Part shown: positions 7,168 to 16,239 of the stretch, piece after piece
Numbering within the stretch: position 1 is the stretch's first letter
How the letters are laid out: every line of letters starts with the position of its first letter
DNA from: a virus
Reading direction: 5' to 3' (one strand)
IMG/VR virus record: IMGVR_UViG_3300015301_000001
Span: 1 to 40,567 of that record
DNA: 40,567 nt
Position numbers and translations under genes: made by a program
The notes under the pieces: model-generated
Databases searched by the model: none
Told to the model about the DNA's origin: nothing
The model's input: only the letters and a program-made list of their open reading frames with translations

Positions 7168-8661
7168 ATGCCCAACGCCATTGAATCGCGCATACTGAAA
7201 ACCGAGCCCGCCGACTGGCGCTCCTTTCAGTTCGTGCAGCACGACAATTTCAAGGAATTCACCGCCGAAGCGGAGCAGAAGCTCACGGGCTCGCTGCTGG
7301 GTAATAATTTCATTCAGGCCTTCAACGTGTGGGAGGATGAGGCCGGCGCGCTGTGGTGCCTCGATGGCCGCCACCGCGTGCGCGTGCTGGAGCAACTGGC
7401 CGCGAAGGGTACGGAGGTGCCCGCCCGGCTGCCTGCCAACTTCATAGCCTGCGCCAACCGGCAGGAGGCCGCCAAGCTCACGCTGCTCTACTCGTCAGCC
7501 TACGCCCGCACCACGCAGGAGGGCCTCGCCGACTTCCTGAATTACAACGACCTCGACCTGGGCGAGTTGATGGGCGAAATCGACCTGCCCGGCCTCGACC
7601 TCACCAAACTGCTGGAAGGCATAGCCGACCCCGCCCCGATGGAGAAGGCATCACTGGCCGAACGCTTCGGGGTGCCGCCCTTCTCGGTGTTGGATGCCCG
7701 CCAAGGCTACTGGCAGGAGCGGAAGAATGATTGGCTGGCGCAGGGTATCACCAGCGCCGATGGCCGCGCCGACGACCTCACTTTTGGGGGCAGCGCCCGC
7801 CCGCCTTCCTTCTACGACCTGCGCAACACCATGCGGGCGCAGGCCGGTGGGGTAGACCCTACTTGGGAAGCCGTGAACGCGGAGGCCGCCAAGCGTGGGA
7901 TGATGAGCGCCGGCATTGAGGGCACCAGCATTTTCGACCCCGTACTCTGCGAACTGGCCTACCGTTGGTTCTGCCCCACCGCGGGCTCCATTCTTGACCC
8001 GTTCGCGGGCGGCTCAGTGCGTGGCCTTGTGGCGGCGCTGCTGGGCTACACTTACACGGGTATCGACCTACGGCCCGAGCAGGTGGCCGCCAACCAGGAC
8101 CAGGCCGCCGCAGTGCTGAAAAGTGAGCAGCAGTCGCCGGTATGGCTGGCCGGCGACTCGCGCAACCTGCCCGACATGCTGGGCGTGCGCGGGCTGCTCT
8201 ACGACCTCGTTTTCTCCTGCCCGCCCTACGCCGACCTCGAAGTATACAGCGACGACCCCGCCGACCTCTCGACCATGGACTACCCCACGTTCGTGCAGGT
8301 GTACCGCGAAATCATCGCCAAGGCCGTGGCTCAGCTCAAGCCCAACCGCTTTGCCTGCTTCGTCGTGGGGGAGGTGCGCGACCCGAAAGGTATTTACCGC
8401 AACTTCGTCGGTGACACCATCGCCGCCTTCGAAGCAGCGGGGGCACGCTACTACAACGAGATTGTTCTCGTCACCCCGGCCGGCAGCCTGCCCGTGCGCG
8501 TGACCAAGCAATTCCAGAGCGGCCGCAAGGTGGGCAAGTCCCACCAGAACGTGCTCGTCTTCTACAAGGGCGACCCCCGGCAGATAAAAGCCGAGTTCGG
8601 CGAGGTGGCGGTGACGGTGGGCCTGGGTGATGATAGCCCCGACATTTGCCCCGACCCCTAA
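7168..8661 (+). CDS. ParB-like domain / N6- or N4-DNA methyltransferase fusion
   Basis: N-terminal LWCLDGRHRVRVLEQL (ParB-like). C-terminal AdoMet motif ILDPFAGGSVRG and catalytic VFSCPPYADL (SPPY). ATG 7168 is preferred over TTG 7120. Confidence 0.8.
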   Translation: MPNAIESRILKTEPADWRSFQFVQHDNFKEFTAEAEQKLTGSLLGNNFIQAFNVWEDEAGALWCLDGRHRVRVLEQLAAKGTEVPARLPANFIACANRQEAAKLTLLYSSAYARTTQEGLADFLNYNDLDLGELMGEIDLPGLDLTKLLEGIADPAPMEKASLAERFGVPPFSVLDARQGYWQERKNDWLAQGITSADGRADDLTFGGSARPPSFYDLRNTMRAQAGGVDPTWEAVNAEAAKRGMMSAGIEGTSIFDPVLCELAYRWFCPTAGSILDPFAGGSVRGLVAALLGYTYTGIDLRPEQVAANQDQAAAVLKSEQQSPVWLAGDSRNLPDMLGVRGLLYDLVFSCPPYADLEVYSDDPADLSTMDYPTFVQVYREIIAKAVAQLKPNRFACFVVGEVRDPKGIYRNFVGDTIAAFEAAGARYYNEIVLVTPAGSLPVRVTKQFQSGRKVGKSHQNVLVFYKGDPRQIKAEFGEVAVTVGLGDDSPDICPDP

Positions 8662-8675
8662 CCCCAACCCCGAAG

Positions 8676-8885
8676 ATGGAAGACCAGAAAATAACTGCGG
8701 CCCTCGTGAAGCTGCTCGAAGCCAAACTGAAAGACAAAAAGGAGGAAATGGATGGCCTCTCTCAACCCATCCTCGAACGCACCCCCGAATACAACCACCG
8801 CAAGTTTCAAGTCGAAGTAGAGTACTGGCATTTACACGGGTTGCTGACCGATATCCGCAGCCTCGTGGAGAGCCTCAGCAGCTAG
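8676..8885 (+). CDS. Hypothetical small helical protein
   Basis: ATG 8676 (MEDQKITAALVKLLE...) lies within track ORF 8646..8885. Confidence 0.55.
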   Translation: MEDQKITAALVKLLEAKLKDKKEEMDGLSQPILERTPEYNHRKFQVEVEYWHLHGLLTDIRSLVESLSS

Positions 8886-8894
8886 TGAGCCAGC

Positions 8895-8945
8895 CGGGGT
8901 TTTGCGGTCAAAAATCGCCCACCATAAGGGCGGCCCGCAAAACCC
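8895..8945 (+). other. Nested stem-loop (GGGGTTTTGCGG ... CCGCAAAACCCC) upstream of terS; candidate pac or RNA element
   Basis: A 12-bp outer stem encloses a CGCCC/GGGCG inner stem. A third GCCGCAAAA copy abuts the terS ATG. Confidence 0.3.
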
Positions 8946-9017
8946 CAAAAAGGCCACAGGCGGGCTACTCAGCGCCTTCGACGCACTTGCGGGCTACCCT
9001 AGCCGGAAAGCCGCAAA

Positions 9018-9455
9018 ATGAGCACCTCAGCCGCCGAAAATCAGCCGGGCCGCCCGCCCATCGTCATCAACCTCTCGCAGGCCGAATCCCTGTGCCAACT
9101 GGGTTGCACGCTGCGGGAGGTTGCCGGCCATTTCAAGTGCAGCGAGGACACCATACAGCGGGTAATAAAGACTGAGCGCGACCAAACTTTCAGCGAGTTC
9201 TACGCCATGCACTCGGCGGCCGGCAACGTGTCACTGCGGCGCGTGCAGATGCAGCGGGCACTCGCCGGCGATGCGAAGCTGCTTATCTGGCTGGGCAAGC
9301 AGCGGCTGGACCAGGTAGACAAAAAGGAGGTTGACATTACTAGCAAGGGCCAAGGCATCGGCCCGGCTGGCGTGCTGGCTGGCATGTCGTTGGAGGAAAA
9401 GAAGGCGCTGCTGGCGAAGCTGCAAGCCGGGAAGGAGGGGCAGGGTAATGGCTGA
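9018..9455 (+). CDS. terS: Terminase small subunit
   Basis: GRPP...HTH-like LCQLGCTLREVAGHFKCSEDTIQRVIK, immediately upstream of and overlapping terL. Confidence 0.7.
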   Translation: MSTSAAENQPGRPPIVINLSQAESLCQLGCTLREVAGHFKCSEDTIQRVIKTERDQTFSEFYAMHSAAGNVSLRRVQMQRALAGDAKLLIWLGKQRLDQVDKKEVDITSKGQGIGPAGVLAGMSLEEKKALLAKLQAGKEGQGNG

Positions 9456-10986
9456 GCTACTGGCTGACACTGAGGCCGCCATTGACGCGGCGTTACTTGA
9501 AGCGTTGGGCGGGATGACCCCCGACGAGGTAGAGGCTGACATCTGCCGCGAATCGTTTTTCGAGTTCTTTTGCGCGTTCTGGCACACCATCGAAGCCGTT
9601 GAGCTGAAGCTCAATTGGCATATCGAATACCTGTGCAACCAACTGCAAGAGGTCTACGAGCTATGGGAGCAGGGCCGCGCGCAGCCCGACGTACTTATCA
9701 ACGTGCCCCCTGGCACCAGCAAAAGCACGACGGTCACGCAGCTATTTCCGGCCTGGCTGTGGGTGCGCAAGCCCAGCATTCGCCTTATCAGCAGCTCGTT
9801 CAACGCGGGGCTCTCTATCAGCCACAGCACCAAGACGCGCCTGTGCCTCAAGTCGCCGAAGTTTCAGCGGCTATACCCCGGCCTCGTGGAGTTTCAGCAG
9901 GACCAGGACGGTAAAACCGACTACCGGAATACGGCGCTGGGCCAACGCTACAGCACCTCGACCACGGGCGGCCCCACCGGCAACCACGCCGACTTCATCA
10001 TTATTGACGACCCGCTGAACCCGCAGAAGTCGGCGAGTGAGGCGGCGCTGGCCGCAGCTTCGCAGCACCTCAAGACGCTGGCGACGCGCACCACCGACCC
10101 CGAGCGCACCGTGACTATTATGGTGATGCAGCGCATTTCGGACAAAGACCCGGCAGGGGAGTGGCTAGCCAGCGGGCGCAAGCTGCGCCACATCTGCCTA
10201 CCTGGCGAGCTAACCAAGGACGAGAAGACCGGCGAGGTGGGTAAGCAGGTGCGCCCGGCCTACTTGAAAGAGGAATACGTCGACAACCTGCTCGACCCCG
10301 TGCGCCGGCCCCGCTCGGTGTTGCAAGACCTGAAGGTGGTGCTGGGTAGCTACGGCTACGCGGGGCAGATTCAGCAGATGCCAGCACCCGACGAGGGCGG
10401 TATTGTCAAAAAGGCATGGTTCCGCACGATGCCCTACCCCGAGTTCCTCAAGCTGCCCGGTGCCTCGGCTGCCGTGTGGCATGGGGACGCGGATACGGCC
10501 TACACCGACCAGCAGAAGAACGACCCCAGTGCGCTGCTTATCAGCTGCTACATCGGGCAAACGCTGTACGTGAGCTACGTGGACGAGATGTGGCTGGAGC
10601 TACCCCAGCTAAAGAAGCGGCTGCCTCTCGACCTGGCTACCCACAACGCAGTCACGGCCCGCAGCAAGCTGTACGTGGAGCCCAAGGCCAGCGGCAAGAG
10701 CGTGGTGCAGGAACTGCGGGACATTACCGAACTCAACATTGTGGAGGCCCCCACGCCCGATGGCGACAAGCGCAGCCGCGTCAACACGGCCAGCCCCTTC
10801 ATCGAAGCCGGGCGGGTGGTGCTGATTGATGGCAGTTGGAACGAGAAGCTAATCAACCAGGCCGCCGCCTTCCCCAACGCCGCCCACGATGATATGCTCG
10901 ACTGCTTGACGCAAGCCATACGCCGCTATCAGCCCAACGGCTCGAAGCCCATCACTACCTACCAAACATACAGCCCCGCCCCATAA
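9448..10986 (+). CDS. terL: Terminase large subunit
   Basis: Walker A-like NVPPGTSKSTTV and Walker B ADFIIIDDP, with nuclease-half acidic motifs. ATG 9448 overlaps the terS stop. Confidence 0.85.
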   Translation: MAELLADTEAAIDAALLEALGGMTPDEVEADICRESFFEFFCAFWHTIEAVELKLNWHIEYLCNQLQEVYELWEQGRAQPDVLINVPPGTSKSTTVTQLFPAWLWVRKPSIRLISSSFNAGLSISHSTKTRLCLKSPKFQRLYPGLVEFQQDQDGKTDYRNTALGQRYSTSTTGGPTGNHADFIIIDDPLNPQKSASEAALAAASQHLKTLATRTTDPERTVTIMVMQRISDKDPAGEWLASGRKLRHICLPGELTKDEKTGEVGKQVRPAYLKEEYVDNLLDPVRRPRSVLQDLKVVLGSYGYAGQIQQMPAPDEGGIVKKAWFRTMPYPEFLKLPGASAAVWHGDADTAYTDQQKNDPSALLISCYIGQTLYVSYVDEMWLELPQLKKRLPLDLATHNAVTARSKLYVEPKASGKSVVQELRDITELNIVEAPTPDGDKRSRVNTASPFIEAGRVVLIDGSWNEKLINQAAAFPNAAHDDMLDCLTQAIRRYQPNGSKPITTYQTYSPAP

Positions 10987-11738
10987 TGCGCTCCATCACC
11001 CTGCCCAATGCTCCTACCTCTACCCCCCTCCCCGAAAGGTGGGGGGAGCTTACCCTTGGGCAAGCGGCCCGCATTGCGGAGCTGCCCGAGGGCGCAGACG
11101 TGTACAGCTTCCTGAGCATCCTGCTTGACCTCGGCCCGGTGGAGGTGATGAACCTGCCCACCGACTTCGTGAACGAGCAGGTGCTGCCGGTGCTGAGCTT
11201 CGCCAGTGACGAAATGCCCAGCTTCTCGGCCGCTGCCCTGCCGGCCACCATCACCTTGCCCCTTGCTGCCTGCACCAAGGAGCTACCCGTGCCGCCCTCT
11301 CTCGATATTACCACCTTCGGGCAGGCCACCGACCTGGGCGCGCTGCTACAGAACGCCGCCGTGCCCGTGGCTCTCAAGCGAATCAAGGCGCTGGCAATCA
11401 TCTTCTACCCCGCCTACTACGCCACCAAGAAAGACGGTGAGGATGAGAAGGATGCAGACTATGATACCGAAAAGGTGGAGGAATTCGCGGAGCGGGTATG
11501 CAGCGAGGCGCTGATGGAGCAAGCGGTGCCCATTACGGATTTTTTTTTGCGAGCTACGACCGCATTCGGCGCGACCACCACGCCGGCCTCAAGCGCATCC
11601 CCGTCACCTCAGACGAGTACGCCGCTGGCCTCGAAGCCCTCGTGGCTGAGTGGGATGCGCTGGCTGTGGTCAACACGCTGGCCGGTGGGGACAAAACCCA
11701 GTGGGGCTACTTCTTCGGCCGCACCTGGGCCGAGATAA
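10986..11738 (+). CDS. Hypothetical protein, frame-0 reading; only sequence up to the T9 tract (11540..11548) looks genuinely coding
   Basis: TAATG coupling to terL. After the T9 tract, the frame-0 product becomes P/S/T/A-rich and looks like off-frame sequence. Confidence 0.55.
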   Translation: MRSITLPNAPTSTPLPERWGELTLGQAARIAELPEGADVYSFLSILLDLGPVEVMNLPTDFVNEQVLPVLSFASDEMPSFSAAALPATITLPLAACTKELPVPPSLDITTFGQATDLGALLQNAAVPVALKRIKALAIIFYPAYYATKKDGEDEKDADYDTEKVEEFAERVCSEALMEQAVPITDFFLRATTAFGATTTPASSASPSPQTSTPLASKPSWLSGMRWLWSTRWPVGTKPSGATSSAAPGPR

Positions 11739-11818
11739 ACACGATGATACTCTTTGAGAATCACCAGGCACACTATCGCTACCAACTCCACAAACGCCAG
11801 CAGCGCAATCAGAAATGA
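11498..11818 (+). CDS. The -1 frame continuation of the preceding gene (coding-like from the T9 tract onward)
   Basis: From 11540 the -1 frame gives FFFASYDRIRRDHHAGLKRIPVTSDEYAAGLEALVAEW... and is coupled by ATGA to the next gene. Confidence 0.55.
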   Translation: MQRGADGASGAHYGFFFASYDRIRRDHHAGLKRIPVTSDEYAAGLEALVAEWDALAVVNTLAGGDKTQWGYFFGRTWAEINTMILFENHQAHYRYQLHKRQQRNQK

Positions 11819-12009
11819 AACGGATACACCCCGCCTCCCTGGAAGACCTGCGGCTTGAGCTACTCGACGCCCAGGCCACGCTATTCACCTTCCCGCCCGG
11901 CAGCTACACCGGGCAGCAGGCACTCGCCACGGCGGGCCGGCTGCGGCACGAAATCAAAGAAACTGAGGGCGCTATTGCCTCACTCACCACCAGCTTGCCC
12001 ACACCATGA
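11815..12009 (+). CDS. Hypothetical small protein (tail/connector module)
   Basis: ATGA overlaps at both ends. Confidence 0.6.
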   Translation: MKRIHPASLEDLRLELLDAQATLFTFPPGSYTGQQALATAGRLRHEIKETEGAIASLTTSLPTP

Positions 12010-12473
12010 AACTGCCCCACGACACCGTAAAAGCCTGCGCTGAGGCGCTGCTGCCCGGCTGCCATTACGTGCATGGTGAATCGGATTTTGGCAACATCAA
12101 GCTCGACGGGACAATGGCCGGCCAGCGCGTCGTCTACCTCGATGACAACATGCCCCTGCGCTTCAACACGAACAAGTACGGCCAGATTACGGGGGCTACC
12201 TACTCGTGTCTGCTGATGCTCTTGGTACCCTCGAAGCTGGGCGACACGCCCGACCACCGGCAGCCCATCGTTGAGGAAATGGTGAACGCCAGCGCCCACA
12301 TGATGGCCGCGCTGGGTAAGGATAGCCGCGTGAAGGAGGTGAAGATGCAGCGCCCGGCTGACATCGTTTTTAACGAGTTCGACCTCAACGCCGATGGCGT
12401 GGCGCTCTACCTCGACATTACCATGAACGGCGCGCTGAACCCCTGCCTGCCCATTGTTGAGGCTCAGGTATGA
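12006..12473 (+). CDS. Hypothetical virion-module protein
   Basis: Translationally coupled ORF with normal protein composition. Confidence 0.7.
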   Translation: MKLPHDTVKACAEALLPGCHYVHGESDFGNIKLDGTMAGQRVVYLDDNMPLRFNTNKYGQITGATYSCLLMLLVPSKLGDTPDHRQPIVEEMVNASAHMMAALGKDSRVKEVKMQRPADIVFNEFDLNADGVALYLDITMNGALNPCLPIVEAQV

Positions 12474-12919
12474 TAACCTTCGAGCAGCTCCTGTCCCGGC
12501 AGATTCTCAAGCTGCATGAGGACGTGGCCGATACCATGCAGGCCAACGGCCAGCGGGCCACTGGCAAGACCATCGCGGCCCTGCGCAGCACCAGCGGCCC
12601 CGAGTACGCCGCCCTGCTCGGCCCCGCCCACTCGCGCTTCCTGCGTGACGGGCGCGGGCCTGGCAAGGTGAGCGTGAATGCTATTCGGGAATGGATTCGG
12701 GCCAAACGGCTCAAGCTCGACCCCTTCGCTGTGGCTGAGAAAATCAGCCGCGTGGGCACGCTGCTTTTCCGTGGCGAAGACCCGCGCTTTACCAAGCCCA
12801 CCGACACGTTCAGCGGCCCCATTGCGGCAGCCCTGCCTCGGTTTCGCGCCGGCCTGGCTGAAGCTGCCCGCTCGGGCCTGCGCTCCGACCTCGTAAACCT
12901 CACTACTACCCGCCTGTAA
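12470..12919 (+). CDS. Hypothetical virion-module protein
   Basis: ATGA overlap upstream and TAATG overlap downstream. Confidence 0.7.
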   Translation: MITFEQLLSRQILKLHEDVADTMQANGQRATGKTIAALRSTSGPEYAALLGPAHSRFLRDGRGPGKVSVNAIREWIRAKRLKLDPFAVAEKISRVGTLLFRGEDPRFTKPTDTFSGPIAAALPRFRAGLAEAARSGLRSDLVNLTTTRL

Positions 12920-14268
12920 TGAATCCTCCCGGCAGCGGCGCACAGCCCACCATTATCAGCCTCTCAAGCACCTGCGCGACGACTGGCGAGAGCATCATCT
13001 TCTTCACCTGCAACAAGGCCATTTCCTCGTCAGACTTGGGCCTGGAGCTAGTCAACTCGGTTACGGGTGACGTAGCATGGTCGGGTGGCTTCGGCGGTGC
13101 GACCAATGCCCAGTCGTTCACCATTAAGGGCACCAAGAACGGCGATTACCTGCTGACTGCTGATAACGGTGAGGCCACCAAGTCGGTCAACGTGTCAGTT
13201 GACTGCGCGGGCAGTACGCCCAACTGCGACCTCGTGTTGGTAAGCGCCACCCCGACGCCCCCGACTACGGTTGGCGGCTTCGGCTACGTCAATTTCAAGT
13301 ACACCACGGCCACGCAGTTTGTGCTTGGCGTGACCGTATCCGGCCCCGTGACGCGGGCCGCCAACTTCACCAACACGGGCGAGGCGCAGGTGGACAACCT
13401 GCCGGCCGGGGCCTACCTCTACACCATTGCCCAGTCGGCAAATCCCGATTGCCAGCTGAACGGCTCGTTCACCATCGCCGCGCCCGCGGCTCCCATCGAC
13501 CCCAGCCTGAACCAGCCGGCCCGCTGGGAGCCGGTCGGCGGCGTGCTACCCAACCCGGTGCTGCTGAAGGTGGAGGCTGCCCTTACGGATGCCCTGGGCG
13601 CGGCGCGGCCCGGCCTGCATGTGGAGGTAGAGCTGTGGCGCGTTGGGCTGTTCGTGCCCTTCGCTGAGTTTAGCGCGACTATCCGCACGGCCACCCAGTA
13701 CGTGAACGCTGCGCCCTACCTGCGTGCTGAACTGCTGGCAGCCGCCCGCTACCCAGGCAGCCAAGCCACGCCCCTGATTGACAGCGACAGCAGCCTTGAA
13801 TTTTACTACCGCTACCGCATCACCGACGCGGCCGGCTCCGAGCCCTGGGTGAAGCGGGCGGGCCTGCGCTATGCGGTACTGGCTGCCCTGCCTGCCGCCG
13901 CCGATACCATGCTGCCCTTCCTCGCCGATGGCGCGGGGCGCGTGGCGAGCATCTTCCCCAACGACGAGGCCACGCAGTTCGTGGGCCTGCCCTTGGAGGT
14001 GAGCGTGCTACTACCCACTGCGGCCACCTTCCGATACGCCGAACTGCGCTACCTCAACGCCTACGGGCAGGAGCTTGAAATCCGCTCGTTTGCCCTGGCT
14101 GACTACCTACCGGCTGGCTACCTACGCATACCACTACCAGCCGACCCGCTGCCCGACGCTACCACCGTTGAGGTCGCCATTGTCGATACTGACCGCGCCC
14201 ACGGCCCTGGCACCCCGCCCGCCGCGCCTGGCTACCTGCTCACCAACACCGGCCGCCTCAAACTGTAA
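12919..14268 (+). CDS. Structural protein with Cys-bounded Ig-like/SprB-repeat-like modules
   Basis: Segment C...GGFGYV...NLPAGAYLYTIAQSANPDC resembles the SprB repeat pattern (LxAGxYxxxxxDxxGC). Confidence 0.65.
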   Translation: MNPPGSGAQPTIISLSSTCATTGESIIFFTCNKAISSSDLGLELVNSVTGDVAWSGGFGGATNAQSFTIKGTKNGDYLLTADNGEATKSVNVSVDCAGSTPNCDLVLVSATPTPPTTVGGFGYVNFKYTTATQFVLGVTVSGPVTRAANFTNTGEAQVDNLPAGAYLYTIAQSANPDCQLNGSFTIAAPAAPIDPSLNQPARWEPVGGVLPNPVLLKVEAALTDALGAARPGLHVEVELWRVGLFVPFAEFSATIRTATQYVNAAPYLRAELLAAARYPGSQATPLIDSDSSLEFYYRYRITDAAGSEPWVKRAGLRYAVLAALPAAADTMLPFLADGAGRVASIFPNDEATQFVGLPLEVSVLLPTAATFRYAELRYLNAYGQELEIRSFALADYLPAGYLRIPLPADPLPDATTVEVAIVDTDRAHGPGTPPAAPGYLLTNTGRLKL

Positions 14269-14271
14269 ACC

Positions 14272-16239
14272 ATGCCCAACCCCGCCAACACCCCCGCGCA
14301 ACAGGATGAGCGCATTAACGGGCTGCCCGCCCTGCCGGCCGGTACTGACCGCGCCACGCTCACCGTTCCCGTTTTCAACCCTGCGACCAACAAGACGCAC
14401 GAGGCCCCGCTCGTGGCCGATGACGGGGCCACCACGAGTAACGCCGTAGTTGGCGGCCACAAGTTCGTGCGCTACCGTGACAGCCGCCTGAACGGGGTGC
14501 CGGCTACGGCTCTCACCCTCGACCGCCTCAAGCCTGCCACCATCGTGCCCCAGACGCAGGCCACGGTCTTCAACCCATCCAATACGCCGCTAACTACCAG
14601 CGAGCCGCCGCGCACCTACGAGGCGAAGGAAGTAGCCCCCGGCACTGCCGGCGCGGTGATGGTGCCTCGCTTTATCGGTGCGGCGGCCAGCGATACCGTG
14701 CCCATCATCTGGCAGGAGCTTGCCACGGCTAGCACGGGCGGGCCGTTTCAGGTACGCACCTATTGGCCGGTTATCTTCCTCACCCATGCCGAGGCAGTGG
14801 CCTGGGGCCGGCCCAACTGCCTCTCACTCGACCAGATACCCAACGAGTTTCTGTGTAGCGGTAGCACCGCCCGCGTTGACCTGCACCCCGACAAATACGG
14901 GCAAAACATGCTGCTCATATATGATGACCGCCCCAACCAGATGGACGGGATACGGGCCTACATCGACGGGAATTTTCAGCGATACTACGACATGACCGTT
15001 GACGGCCTGAACCCGCAAAAGTGGGTGAAGGATGGTAGCCCCGAAGCCGCCACGGCGAGTATCAAACGGTACGACCCGGCTTATGCCAAGTGGGCGAAAG
15101 ACCAGACAATGAAAATCGACATCGGCGGCACCGATGCCTTTTTTAGCGCCATCAACCCTGGCGGCCCCTTCCCTGCACCCACAGCGGCCGGGGTAGCTAC
15201 TGCCGACTGGAAACCCGCCGCCAAGCCGCAGGCTCAGGACCTGAGCCCTATCGTGGCCCAGCACACGCAGCAACTGGCAACCATCGCCACGCAGTCCTCG
15301 CCGGTATATGGTTTCCTCAAAGCGGGCGGTGCGCCCGTTGGCTATACCTCGATTGATGATGCGCTGGCTGACCCTCAGCCCAAAACCTCGCAGACCTTCA
15401 ACACGGCGCTACTCGTGCTCACCAAGAGCAACCCGGCCACTGGCACCGGCTGGGCCTACGCCACGGCTGCGCTCGGGCGCACGTTGCAGTTCGGCAACAA
15501 TGTGGAACTGACGCTGCCCGGCGATGATGCTGGCTCGCTCACCTTCCAAGATTTCTATATTGAGCAAGCCCCCGGCGCGCGCGGCGGCAAGGTGCGCCTG
15601 CTGACCAAGGCCCCCGACACCACCCCGCCCGCTCTGCTGCCGCGTCTCTCGGGCTACTGCGGCAAGCCGTTGGAGTTTGTCAACGGCGGCGCGGCCCTAC
15701 TCAGTGGCTACTATGGCAGCCTGACCGGCACCGGCACCGCCTTCGTGGTGGAGCCCTTCCAAGCGGATAACGTGGCGGCTACGGTGAAGGTGGTACGCCT
15801 GGGAGGTGGTGGGGGAAGTGGCAGCAGCTACACCGATGCCCAAGCCGCCGCCGCCGCGCTGGCCTCGCTCATTGCTGGCAACAATCAGCACCAGGGCGTA
15901 GAAGTGCAGGCCGTGGGCGGGGTGCCCAAGCTGATTGTGGCCGGCCTATTCACGGATATAATCCGCATGCGAATGCCCGCGCCGGGCTCGGGCAACCTAG
16001 CCGAAGGCACGGACTTTCGGGATGCCAACACGGCCGGGCTCTACAAGCTGACCAACGCCACCAACGTGGCCCGCCTGACCATTTTAAAAGACAATGGCCC
16101 GTCGTCGCGCTTTGACGACGCGCTAGCCAACTTCCCCACCACTGGCGTGGGCATTGAGGATAATAGTTATTTCACTTACCGGCTGCTCCCGATTGATGCC
16201 ACGCAGCCGGTGAGCCTGGAGCTTACCCTGACCCGCTAA
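14272..16239 (+). CDS. Large virion structural protein (tail/fibre-like, beta-rich, G5SGSS linker)
   Basis: 655-aa ORF in the structural block; no catalytic motifs recognised. Confidence 0.7.
   Translation: MPNPANTPAQQDERINGLPALPAGTDRATLTVPVFNPATNKTHEAPLVADDGATTSNAVVGGHKFVRYRDSRLNGVPATALTLDRLKPATIVPQTQATVFNPSNTPLTTSEPPRTYEAKEVAPGTAGAVMVPRFIGAAASDTVPIIWQELATASTGGPFQVRTYWPVIFLTHAEAVAWGRPNCLSLDQIPNEFLCSGSTARVDLHPDKYGQNMLLIYDDRPNQMDGIRAYIDGNFQRYYDMTVDGLNPQKWVKDGSPEAATASIKRYDPAYAKWAKDQTMKIDIGGTDAFFSAINPGGPFPAPTAAGVATADWKPAAKPQAQDLSPIVAQHTQQLATIATQSSPVYGFLKAGGAPVGYTSIDDALADPQPKTSQTFNTALLVLTKSNPATGTGWAYATAALGRTLQFGNNVELTLPGDDAGSLTFQDFYIEQAPGARGGKVRLLTKAPDTTPPALLPRLSGYCGKPLEFVNGGAALLSGYYGSLTGTGTAFVVEPFQADNVAATVKVVRLGGGGGSGSSYTDAQAAAAALASLIAGNNQHQGVEVQAVGGVPKLIVAGLFTDIIRMRMPAPGSGNLAEGTDFRDANTAGLYKLTNATNVARLTILKDNGPSSRFDDALANFPTTGVGIEDNSYFTYRLLPIDATQPVSLELTLTR

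Noticed and set aside
8627-9175. 182-aa ORF spanning the methyltransferase end, the spacer and the terS start.
   Set aside because: Its composition is P/R/Q-rich and looks off-frame. It overlaps two better genes (8676..8885 and terS) and runs across a structured spacer.
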